Below, piece after piece: positions 26,836 to 39,083 of a DNA stretch of 64,000 bases. Location of the stretch: assembly GCA_051362555.1 (NCBI GenBank), contig CM120649.1, forward strand, positions 5,518,001 to 5,582,000, given 5' to 3'. Numbering within the stretch: the first letter of the stretch is position 1; each line of letters begins with the position of its first letter. The notes under the pieces are model-generated. The model was not told where the DNA came from. It did no database searches and saw nothing but the letters and a program-made list of their open reading frames with translations. The translations under genes were made by a program, and so were the position numbers. The stretch is from Lingula anatina (lineage: Eukaryota; Animalia; Brachiopoda).

Positions 26836-27682
26836 CATGGGCGTAACTAGGCATACGCACGGATGCACTGTGCGTACAATTTTTTGGCCAACCATGATAT
26901 TATTTTATTTTTCACGGAATATAAAAGAAAATCCTCTGCTTATTAAAGTCACTTGTATGTACAAGTCCTCTGTATCAATTGTATAGGCACAATTATTCTG
27001 ACCCCCCCCCTCCCCCCCCCCCCTTCTTGCAAACAGAGGTAAACAATGCCTGTAACCTTAACAAGTCCTATCTTAATCGTCCATCTAACTGAAACTTCCT
27101 TTACCTTTACCTCTTTCAAAGAGCAGCTCCCGCAACCCTGGAGGCACTAGATAAAATCTGGACACCAGGTTTAAGAAGGAGTTAGAGAAACAAAGGAAGA
27201 ATTTCTCCTGCAAACCTTCAAAGAATTTTGACATGGACTTGACCCAGCTTACCCCTCCAAACTAACAGGCTGACATGGGCAATTTTTACAAACAAATAAT
27301 TAAACTTAGATGTATCAGAGCTCTGTCGTGTCGTACAATTGGTTGTTTTTGGGAGCCATGCATCCACATGTAAGGTGAATGAAACCGTATGTTAGATCAA
27401 CTCAGAGGTGGATCCAGGATTATTCGAAGGGGGTTCCACATATGCGAAGCTAGCCTCCTTTTAAATAAATATACCGTTCTGGGTAATAAGAATATTGAAA
27501 CTTTTTTAATTGCGAGAATATTTCTGACTAAATAATGATTTTATTATTAATGGAAATTAAGCTGCGATGTGTGGTACATATGCTGTAATTACGCTGTCCT
27601 TCATCTCTTGCGTTAGTCTACATTTTGCTGGGAATTTTAAAAATCTGTGCGTACAATTTTTAAAGGTCTGGTTACGCCCCTG
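26836..27682. mobile_element. Non-autonomous TIR element
   Basis: Termini CATGGGCGTAAC and GTTACGCCCCTG flanked by a direct AGATA duplication; no coding capacity. Confidence 0.5.
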
Positions 27683-28017
27683 AGATACACTGTAAAAGGA
27701 AGTGAATTTCCTTTGCTAATATAATGTATTGTCATAAAAAAAGTTCGCGTGTGCCGGACGTAGGACAAAAATGCCCCACTTTACAGCTGGTCCCACAGTT
27801 ATGGTACATGTAGTTCGTATCTAGGCTACCATGCTTGGTGAGGGTAGGCTGTTCAATCGCTCATTAAAGGTCTTTTTTATTCGTCGCCTGAACCGTACCT
27901 CCTTGGGAAAGATCACACAACGTCTTAGTACCATATGAGTGACTGTAGTTTTAATATAGATTGGTCAATTCGGGTAAATAAGCAAAAGTCACTGTTTTGC
28001 CCCCCCCCCCCCCTCCC

Positions 28018-28019
<2 letters not shown>

Positions 28020-28062
<43 letters not shown>

Positions 28063-30675
28063 TGTGTGTGTTTGCATTCTCTTTCTTTACACCGTACATC
28101 TTTTACTACGTTTAAAAACTATTTTGCAGTTATTATGTCCTTCGCATTGACCAGTTGGTTAGTAAGGGTAGGGGATGGTTTATGGACTGTCACTTTTTTC
28201 TTTAATTTGTCAGACAGATTCTTTATGTAGTGGAGGGTTACACATGTTTTATTATCGTTACTATCAACCCTCCCCTGCCTTTATCCTCACCCTTGGTTGT
28301 TTGACATGGTTTATTACAGTCTGGGCAGCGACGGCTATCTGAATACTAGTACAGTTTTCAAATGTTTGCGGATGCCCCCAGTGATTCAGATATAAAAAAG
28401 ATGCTTAATCGCCCTTTGACGTTTGTTATGCAGAATTTGAATTGCAGTTGGACACCTCAGTGCAACAGAGATTAATGCGCTATTTAACATGCTAAACATG
28501 ACAACTTCAGGATACACTGTAGCCTTCATATAACGTTCAAATTGTTCTTGGGCCATTGTGAAAGCCATGGAGATGATGTATATTAATGGGTATGTGCAAT
28601 AGCATAATAAAGTATCTAGTTCGTTCATTATTCCATTATCTTTTGTAAAAGTGTATTGTAATTGACCGGAAATGACCTCTGACACTCATAAGCTACTATA
28701 GTAGTCCGTTATCGTCTGTGGGTGGAATCTTGTTAGATATATGCGCCACGGTAAGTAAAGGCCGTCAATTAAATTTAACGAAAAACCTATGACTATTAAC
28801 ATGTTACCTTCCGTATATGTAACGTGTCTTTGGGTCTGGAGTACAAAGGGTTATAACCCTATGTTTATGAGGAAAATAGTCAAAAAAGCAATTGTCGGAT
28901 ACATTTTATTTTGCTGTATTGTGTCAATGACAATGTCACTTGTTTATTGTGGCTAAGGCCTTTAGTCCGTTTTTTCTACTTTGACATATAATACATCGAT
29001 TAAATTAAGATTTAATCAGATATGCAGTATCGATTTTTGTTGTAAGCCGAAGGAGTAACACCTTGATAGTAATTTGTTTTATTTTATACTCAAAGAAATT
29101 GAATCACAACAACGAGAAAAATACATTTTGGTAACAAAGCCATAACATCATATTTTGGAATTTGGTCATTTTTGTCTGCCTTGGGCTAGCTTTACCTGAG
29201 TGACTTTAAATTAACTGTTTTAAGGCAAATATTCTTAAACGTTGGCCAATTCGGAAAAGCCATAACATGGCGTCATCCATATAGGGGAATTTAAAACGAA
29301 AACCGAAGGCCCTTGCATAATTTAAACTTTTCATAAATCTTGTGCTGTTTCGGATACCCTGGTGCTTTTAACGTCTTCAGGGTCATTCCAAATCAACTTA
29401 TCCAGCGAGAATACCCCATAAGTCAAGAAACTTGCTAATATTCACATATTGTGTAGTTATTACAGGGACTTGGAAAAAAGACCAAGAATGCATAAAAAAG
29501 GCATTTTATGAATTTAATGTATCCATCAAATAGTGCCACTCCTTAGGTATTTTAAAACTCTATGAACACGATAAAAAGGAGGAAAAAATATCTTCCACGA
29601 AAACTGAAAAAAGTTTGTGGTTCAATTTTACACCCCAAATAAAGACGTAAAGACTGCCAAAATGGCATACAGTCAAGTGTAACGAAGGGTTGAAAGTAAC
29701 GCTTCATACGTCGAAAACACATTTATCTCTTTCGAAATCGTGATTTTTAAAATACCATTACCAGAAAGACAGTGAACAGCCTATTTCACCGAATTCAAAC
29801 ATCGCTGATTTATGCATGTTTTTTTTTTTTTTTTTTTTTTTTTGTTTTTTTTTTTTTTTTGTTTTTTTGTTAATAAATAAAAGGCATTAAAACAATGATA
29901 ACAACTTAGAAAAAAGTCACATAGTGACTTTTATTCATCTTTTCTAAAACAAAGCAAAAATCAAGGCAAAAGAAGCACAAGTAAAAAATGTGTAGCTAAC
30001 AATAACCTAGGATAATAATTTTAATGTTGCCGACATAACAGTTAACATACAAAAATGCATATGTGGGACTTATTAAAAACAAAACAAGGGCCCTGAATAA
30101 GAACTGCGGAAGGGATTATCTTAAACACCATTCTGTACTAGTACTTTTTGAACAATCATATCAAAGACAATGATAAACCTTTTATGCCGAATTTTAGCAT
30201 CTTTGTTATTTGATTTCGTAAATAGATGCAAATCCAAAAAAAAGAACATTTCACCAAAATTGTCAGACCCTGCTTAATCTTTTCGATTACAAACAAATAG
30301 TAATAGAAGCTTTGCTAATAGAAGAATAACTAAATGATGCATCATTTTCATTTATCTGGAATACTGATTTCACTGTCGTTGTTATGACAGTTTACACACA
30401 AAAATGCATACTTGGGTATTATTGAAAAACAAAACAAAACAAAACTGGGGTGGCTGATTGAGAACTATTGATGGGGAATTTTCTGAAACGTCACTCTGTA
30501 CTAGTGGTTCCTATATCATATCTACTCATGTAACAGTGGATTAATCCTTTTTCACTTATGGCTCTGAAATATTCTCGGAAACACACGGCCGCGGGAAGTT
30601 AAAAAGTTGACTTTAAAGTTGACTTATCACGCTTTGCAATAATCTTTGAGATGAACAAATGCTTCACAGCAACGT
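28020..30675 (-). repeat. Inverted duplication of the copy-1 3' flank (~3960-7310, with a deletion)
   Basis: Reverse-complement matches include 6000-6115 with 28553-28665, 5330-5530 with 29120-29320, and (CA)n at 7260 with (TG)n at 28021. Confidence 0.8.
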
Positions 30676-31550
30676 TTATTTACCGTAGCATCTGTACCTA
30701 TAACAGTATCTATAATAGTATACATAACGGCAATAGTTACGAAAACCGATCCTAATGCATACGCGTCTTATATAACGGCATATACGCCACCGGTAGCAAT
30801 AGGCTCGCTTCTGGCGTTCACCTCCTGAATAATATAATATAATATAATATAATATAATATAATATAATATAATATAATATAATATAATCGAAGGGTAATG
30901 TTCCTAATGTCTTGTGGATTCTACATGTACATAGAAAGTTAAAAGTAAATTTACTGAATGGTAATTGTTGTAAGTTTTGCATCGGGTAATGGTTAGCATT
31001 TCAGAGATTTATATTTTGCGTACCTGCCGGGGTTTGGGTGCTGGCGCCATCTACAGTGTTGCCGTCCTTCTGAGTAAGCCAGTATGCCTCCAGATCCTTG
31101 CAGAATTCCTGCATTCTGGGACTTAGGAAGGACTTGTCCTTGATCGGAGAGGTGTTGGCAACGAATTGTTTTTGTTCATTATCTTCATCTGATGTCGTAT
31201 TTTCGACGGTATTCTAAAACATGATGGTATAGTTTAGGTTTAAGTTATAGTCATATCTTGCACATGTTTAAATGCCACTTTATATATTTAAACACAATTA
31301 AAAGTACTGTGTATGTAAAGATTTAAACACAGATTCAAAGTCTGAATTAATATGAAGTAAATCGCACCGGTTGTTCCAAAGCATTGGCCACGTCCTTGCT
31401 GTCGGTCTCTTCAGATTTGTTCATTGGAGTTAAGTAACAAGCAAACTTGTTGTTCATTTCCATCTTGTATACTACCAGACCCTAAAAAGAAACAATCGGA
31501 GCTTTTCACTCTTGTTTTAAATAATGGGATATTCTCAAAGAATATTTGGA

Positions 31551-31593
<43 letters not shown>

Positions 31594-33256
31594 TTATTTT
31601 TATTTATTTATTTCTTTTTTTGCTGAAAAAATTGATAAAAAACAGGTATTAATCAATGGAATATAGACATAGCCAAGAGAATTAATTCACTGACATATGA
31701 AACACATCAAAATTGAAAGGTAGTGACACATAAATGTAAACATGTTACCGCGTTGAATCCCGTAAATTCTACAGATCTCAGCTTAGAGGTACTTAACATT
31801 GTTTGCATTCTGACAAAGTATAAGCAAAATAATCCTCCTTTGATAAACAATTTTCACAATAAAGTTAGATCGCCTCTACTTACCCTCGAGTTGTCCATGG
31901 CTACGTGGAACTTCTCGTTGTTCACGTTGTACACGGTGATGTTGTCCTTCAGATCAACCTGAACCTTTTCGTCAACTTTCTTCCCTTGCTTGTCGGTTAA
32001 ACGGAGATGGTACTCCTGAAGAAATAATAATAATCACATAAGGTGATGATGGTGATAAGATCGTTAGTTTTGATTGCTCACTGCTTTGCATATAATTCCA
32101 CCAATTTCCTTTAAAACCAGATAGATACGTTTTGCAATTGAGATATTTTATGCGCGTTCGAGGGTTTTTAATAAATTTAAGCTTTTACTAAAGTGATCTG
32201 TATGTGTCATAAATTATAATAAGCAGAATTCCCAAATATTCTGTTATTATTGTTATTATTATTATTATTATTATTTGTAGTGATACAGTATACCTACCTT
32301 CAACACATCCTGACAATTAGCAAAAAATATTTTTAATGATAATAATAATAATAATCACCCTCTTTTTAGTGATACAGTATACCTACCTTCCACACGTCTT
32401 GTGCTGTCTTGTTAGAGATGTGAACTGCTCCCAAAGTTCCACCGACAGCAACAGCAACAACAACAATGACAGCAACAGCAACAATGATGTACTTCTTGTA
32501 CGACGCCTTGGTCTGAAATATAACAAATCAAAAGATGAATTGGAACAAAAGAAAACTAGGAATATGACTGTTTATCTCATCGCCAACTGTGTTGTAAAGC
32601 GTTTGAAAGAAATTGATGCAACTATCGGTATATAAAAATATAATTTTATGAAAAATTTGAAAAACGGTGCAACTACTTATACCTTGCATTGAAAGTCTGG
32701 GCGATTCACAAAAACTGATCATTTGACAATGGGACTCTGTCAGAATTTCTTCATGTTTATATTCATTATCATAAAAAATGACATTATCGAAGGCGGTCTA
32801 ATTTTATTGTTTATCTATACTTTCGAAAATGTTTTTTAAAATCATAAGTGCTTACATTGTGATAGCATATGTAAATGCAGACCTCTCATTTGTATGTCGG
32901 TTGTGAAAACACAAGACGTAAAATAGCGTTTTTTAATGTTACAGTCGTCTTTTTTCACTAATTGCATTCACCGCCAGCATGATAATTTTGCTAAAACATA
33001 AAAATTCCATACTAAAATATGTGTGAAAGAAAGAAAATGAAAAACGATTAATATTCACAACAAAAGCAAATTGACTGATGCGACTCAAATGTTCACTTTT
33101 TTTGTGGAAAGACCCTAGTTAGAGTAAAAAGTTCCTGGATTAAACATCTTCAAAAGTGGAAACACTTACCTCGGCGCTGTCACGTCCTGAGGACCCACCG
33201 TCTGTGATGACTGTCACGCCTGGCTCGGCAGACTTTTCACTTACAGTTGGCAGCAT
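30676..33256 (-). CDS. BRICHOS-domain peptide precursor, copy 4; exons 33256-33170, 32512-32387, 32015-31884, 31481-31368, 31213-31024, 30824-30676; mature peptide AYCYRWRICRYIRRVCIRIGFRNYCRYVYYYRYCYRYRCY(GK)
   Basis: GT-AG introns, conserved exon sizes and phases, intact frame, RQKR site, six Cys, GK-stop end. Confidence 0.9.
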
Positions 33257-33359
33257 CTTGAAAGAATATCAAAATTCTTCTAGCAAAGAGCAGCACTCAG
33301 GGCTTTACTTTTTCCGACCGATCGATTTCGCCGTCTGCTGCGAGCTGGGCGCACCCTCC

Positions 33360-33367
33360 TTTTTATA
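33360..33367 (-). promoter_or_regulatory. Probable TATA box of copy 4
   Basis: TATAAAAA at the same position relative to the ATG as in copy 2. Confidence 0.55.
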
Positions 33368-34073
33368 GCTGGACCACGGAGGGAGACCCGTGACAAACAG
33401 GTTTTCGATACAATGTTGTTTTTGAACAATGCCTTCCAAGTTTTTTAAGCAGAAATAAAACGCGCTTTCATATGTTGATGTGGTGGGAAAGTTTTCGACA
33501 ACCAGAATAAAAAATGGAAAAACCCTAAGCATTTTTTTAAGGATCTGATCAATGGTTGGGTGATTTTAACAAACATTCACACGATACAAAAGGTGAAATA
33601 AATCAAATGCAAAGCACGAAAAGTGATCTTTGACAAACAAGATTTCCATGCAAAAGATTGAACAATGTCTGCCAAGTTCATAGGCAGAAATAAAAAGCGT
33701 TTCCATAAATTGATGAGGTGGGAGTGTTTCCAAAAAAATGTGCTGACAACGAGGAAGAAATGCTAAAAACCATAAGTATTTTTTAAGTATCTGATCAATC
33801 GTTAGGTAATTTGAACAGCACGACAAAAAAGGTGTAAAATCCTTCCAAGAAAACCAGAAAAAAATGTATTTGTTATTTTGCTCAAGGCGCTAATGCCAAA
33901 TATATATATATTTAAGCAAATAATGTGCTCTTTTACGCGTGTTAATTGGGGGGGGTGTCTATCAAACCACTCACGTGCCAATAGGAAAATGATGCAAGCC
34001 CGTGGATATAAAAAAAATATCAAAAGAGGTGCCATGCTGAAGTTAAAGGCCACCCATAGTTGCAGTGACTCTC

Positions 34074-34106
<33 letters not shown>

Positions 34107-34329
34107 TTGATAGTTCCACTTTTCCAATTAAATTTTATCGATTGATAATGTAATTGAGCTCTGTCCTTTGATGCACATGTAAGTCCTGTACTTCCCCAAC
34201 TTATGGAGTCTTAAGAATTGAGCATTGGTCAGTTCATTTGTTACACCCTTCTAGCATTTTATTTATTTACTACATTTCAGCTTTTAACACAATTGTGCCA
34301 ATAAAACTGCATTTGAAAATTTTATCCAT

Positions 34330-35075
34330 CTTGAGCTACCTGTTTTTATTTGTGACTGGATTTTAGATAAAAGACAATCTGTTAAAGTCGTCTATTTATC
34401 TAAAAGACAACAGTTTTAAATACCGGATGATACTACGCTAATGGGGCTAGTTACTGATAATGACAACAGTACACATAGAGAATTTGTTGAGTCGGTGGAA
34501 AGGTGGTGCGAGAGTAATTATCTTATTTTGAACGTAGCTAAAACCAAACAAATGATAGTGAATTTTAGAAAGGGACCATTCAACACTGGAGACGTTGAAG
34601 TACGGTAGAGGAATGTAAACTACTTGGTACAGTGTATACGCATGAATAGTAAAATTAATTGGAAAGATAATACCGCGAGGAGTGTAAAGAAGGTACGGCA
34701 AAGACTATATTTTTAGGATCATTGAGAACTTTTAATAGCGTGCCTATTTTAGTCAATTTTATAGGTGTGTAATTGAAAGCATCCTGGTGTACGGAATTAT
34801 AATATGGTATAGCGGAACAACTGGGGAGGAAATAAATAAACTAAACAACGTTGTAAAAACTGCAAGCAAGATAATCGGACAGGATCTACCCAAGGTGGAT
34901 GATATTTTAACGACAGAATGGAGAAAAGAACTGTTAACACCATGGAAGACTCTTCTCATCCTGCATCATCACTTTTTGCATCTTACAAAGCAATAGCAGA
35001 CTTTTAACTTTTAAAGGCAGTAATTAAACGATTTTTAAACTACTTTCATCCAAGTGCAGTGACGCATTTTAATTT
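34330..35075 (+). mobile_element. Duplicated copy of the Rex1/Babar-like LINE RT fragment, with an internal deletion
   Basis: Colinear with 12330-13200. It lacks ~100 bp between the NTG and DDTT motifs. Confidence 0.75.
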
Positions 35076-37808
35076 GATCTCTGTATATTTTCAAACTTGC
35101 TCCAAAAGGAAAATGATTTCCTATTTTCATAATTGGCTAAATAAACTCTTTTCAGAACTAGTTAGCATAAGAATGTTTGAAGTGATAAAATTTATTTATT
35201 CATTTATTTAAGAAACCACTTGGGACATTCACGGATAAATGTGAGCGGGCTATTTGGTTAGACACATAATGCAATGTCCAGAATTATTTCTCTTCAAATT
35301 GGTAAGCTGTTCGCTTCTACAGGTAGTCAGCCACACAGCAATTGTTTCAACAAGAGCTGGTTTCACGAAAAAAACTTTAGCCCCTAAAGTGGTCTCAACT
35401 TCTTGACGAAAAATCTTGTGTAAGAATTAAAGGAGAATGCATTGTAGTCTAGTGATATATTTCTTTCGAGAAAAAAGTTTAACGTAAATCAAAAGAGACG
35501 TGCCATGCATACGGACAGTAAAAAAAACACTGTAACTCGAAAAGTCATAAATAGCGTGCCTAATCAGCAACCACAACGGATTTCGAAGAAAAGGTAATTA
35601 CAAAACTATCAATCACTATTTGAATTTAAAAGTATCTAATTATGGCAAATAAATTGGATAAATTGAGTCACAATTAAATTTAATGACCATGGAGCGGACC
35701 ACTTGTGTTTAACCGACTTTCTTATCTCCAAGGCTTACGCAATTGACTGTTTGAGGTGTTTGCTGCTGCAGTACGCATCTCTGACTGCAGTCAGGGTTTT
35801 CTACCCTCTATCAGGGCCGCAGTTATTATTCTATGGACATTTTTGCTGAGGCACAGTACAGAGATTAGCCATCTATTTAACAAGAGACATATCTGTTAAT
35901 ATCTAGTGAAAAATCAATATGCGACCCTGGTAGAGGGAAAGGGTTTGCTAAGTTATGGGACGACACTTCCCGTAGTAACGGCGGGGGAAATAAACTAAGA
36001 TTGCTTAGATTATTTAAAGAAGATCTAGAAGTAAGTAGTTATGTCAAAAAACCATCGTTGTCAATTAAACATCGAAGTGTAGGCTACTTGCTAAGGTGAG
36101 GTGTGGGGTGGCCTCACTTCTAATAGAAACGGGTGGATATAAAAACTAGGTATTGTGGAAAGAACCTGTATATTGCTTGATAAGTGGATTTTAGTTAAGC
36201 TAAAGTTTAGCTTTTTTTACTGATGAACGTGGTGATTTTTTAATCATTGCCAGACGTTTTAATAACAATTTTGATTTCTTAAATGATAACAATAAGTATT
36301 TATTTTTGATTAGTAGTGATATGAATAATTTATTTGCCAAAACTTGCTGCCGATTTCTAGAAGGAATTTTATTTATAAATGATGTTTTTATGTATATTTT
36401 AAGTGATATTCAGTCTATCGTAGTTCTATATAGCACTGCTATGTTTTACTGTTTTCAATTTGTAGGCCTATTTCTTTTTTTATGGGTGACACTTCAATCT
36501 TGATCTTGATCTTGATCTTGAACTTGGTTTCTTGTGGGTTGCTGTCATAAGTCATAAGTGCCAAAATAAAAGGCGTGACTGATGAAAGAGATGCGTGGCA
36601 GTATATAATTTTGCGTTTTAACGGAAAAAATTGAGAAGCACGAACAAAAGGCTGAAAAATACCAAGTACCCATTAAATAATTTTCAAATAAGTTTCGACG
36701 AAAAGGCGGACGACTGAATTCATATAAGGCAACAGACATTAAGATAATGATAGATAATGATACTATGTTGCATGACACTTTCTGACACGCAATAGGTGAT
36801 GGCATGCGTTTTATAAAGAAACTGAACACTGAGTAAAATGAACAATATTCCGAGGCGGACACGCACGTGTTACAAGCTCACAAACACAAAAATAAAAATT
36901 GACCCGTCATCTAAGTGTGTGGCAAACAACATAACGTTTCAAACGTGTGAGGAGTCACGTTTTAAAGCGAGGACGAACGTGAGGGGACTTCGGCAAACAC
37001 AGCACTGAACGATAAGACTATGTTTGAGGGCAGCTGTTGAAGGCCTACAATTTTAATTAAAATACAAACAGGTGATAAAATCGTGAGACATGTTGAAAAA
37101 ATTGCCTTCCAAGAAAATTAGAAAATATCTATGTGGTTTTATTTAATGCGAAATCGTGAGTCAAATGACAATTATAAACACCATCAAGTAGGCCCTATTA
37201 AACAAATAAAACTACCGTGTGTCCCTCCTTTCGTGGATAAAACTTAATTAAAATTGGATCAAATGCAGTGTTTGTTAAAACAAACAATTGTAAGATATGA
37301 AGGATGAAACAAACTTTCCTAGAAATTTCAATATGATTTTCGTTTCACTTTTCTACCAATCTCAGCCATCATTATCTACGATCCGTCCTTTTTGACCATG
37401 CATACGAGCCATTTTTCTAGTCGTAAACAAAAAAGCCTCTTAAAAAATATAAGCACATGAGAAGAAGTTCAGATTTTCAAGTTTACATTGACGGGTATCT
37501 AATTTTTTCTGTTGGAAGACGGTCAAAAAGGGAGGATGGATCATCAGAGATAATTTGGAAGACTGTCAGAAAATAACTCTGGATCCGCCCCTGCCATGTT
37601 TTAACATATTAAAATATGCTAACTAAGATACTTTTAATGACTTAAGACTGGCACAACCAAGAAGTTTTTAAAAGTCAGTTTAAGCATGCAAATATCCATG
37701 GATGCGAGCCAAAGGATAAAGAAATCCCTCCCAAGAACAGGGGGAAATACCTTTGTGGTTTTATTTGACGCGCAATTGGTATTATCATCTTTGTTAAAAA
37801 ACGACCAG

Positions 37809-37966
37809 GGCCCCGGGCCGTAACTCGAAAGCATCGCGTATTGCGAATATAGCGACATCACAAAGAGGCTGCAATGTATTATATATATGGGGTGAGTATG
37901 GAAAAGTTATGGAATAGAGACGCTTGCGTTCGGTCGCAATGCGCGATGCTTTCGAGTTACGGAACC
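37809..37966. mobile_element. Small MITE with long TIRs (PIF/Harbinger-like)
   Basis: CCGTAACTCGAAAGCATCGCGTATTGCGA and TCGCAATGCGCGATGCTTTCGAGTTACGG form an inverted repeat. The element is absent from paralogous flanks (~17458, ~57553), where the site reads CCTGGTAAAC. Confidence 0.6.
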
Positions 37967-38645
37967 CTGGTAAACGCATTAGGTGCACACTTCTCTTCCG
38001 TGACAGGGGCTGATCCAGAATAATTTGAGGGAGGTCCGGTTTTCAGGAATGACCTGCCGCGGAAGCAAAGCCGCCCCCCCCTTGCACATTCATTGAAGTG
38101 TAGGTCCCCCGGGAGGCGACATCGTTAACACAGATCGTAATGAGCAGAAGTCGAACTGCTATACATGTATATGTACTGCACATAATTGCACTTATTGAAA
38201 AATCTACAGGAATTTAGACTTAGAATAAATAAATTATTATTATTGTTATTTCTTTCAGTATATCCAAAGTTTGTCCTATGTCTGCATCCTTACAGGTACC
38301 CCGGCCGCGGGGGAATTATTAGTCACTGTCACAGTGAACAAAAGATGTCTACCTTCAGATACGCACCTGTATCATTGTCATTTCAATTGACTTCATAAAT
38401 TAGTATTTCATGATCTTTTAAAGTAATAAGAAAGAGACGTTCTCGATGTTTTTTCTTTTAATGTGATGAACTGTCGGGGAAATACCCCCATTCCCCATGG
38501 GCACTATTGGCCTGCGTAGATTAATCCATCGCTGCGGGTACGCTCGCTGAGTGTAATCAGCTTAACTGAAGACACGCTTGATAGAGCAGCTATAGGGCCC
38601 ATACCCTCCACAGAGGTGGTAAAGCTATTAAGAATGATGACATTA

Positions 38646-39083
38646 AGACCCCATTTCCAGAGATTAGATCGATCTATTTAGATCGACATAACTCCCTGGG
38701 GGTTCACGCTAAATAGCTGTCAGCCGAGCAGACACGAAAGATAATTACCCCCTTACAGCTTGTAGTAGGCGGGACGGACATAAAAGCCGGATTATCTGAC
38801 AGTAATCTAGTGAGACTCCCCGCGGGCATAGATCGATCTTAAAGCTGGGAATACAGCATTAGGGTGTATTCCCAGCGATTAAGATCGATCCAGGGATTAA
38901 GATTTAGATCGACCTAACTCACTGGGGGTTCACGCTAAATTGCAGTTAGCCGAGCGCGCACCATAGTTAATTACCCCTTTACAGCTTTTAGTAGGCGGGA
39001 CAGATGCTTAAGTCGGCTAAGCTGACAGTAATCTAGTGAGACTCCCCACAGGGATAGATCGATCTAAAAGCTGGGAATACAGA
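38646..39083. mobile_element. Two head-to-tail copies of a ~215-bp MITE
   Basis: Each unit has imperfect TIRs (ATTCCCAG..AGATCGATC / GATCGATCT.AAAGCTGGGAATAC) and shared internal sequence. Absent from the paralogous flank at ~58590. Confidence 0.55.

Larger units (their letters stand above)
31220..37260 (+). repeat. Direct segmental duplication of ~9200-17260 (copy 2 exons 1-4 and upstream flank)
   Basis: Near-identical introns, promoter, (GA)n tract and LINE fragment. The two blocks differ by TE indels. Confidence 0.9.
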
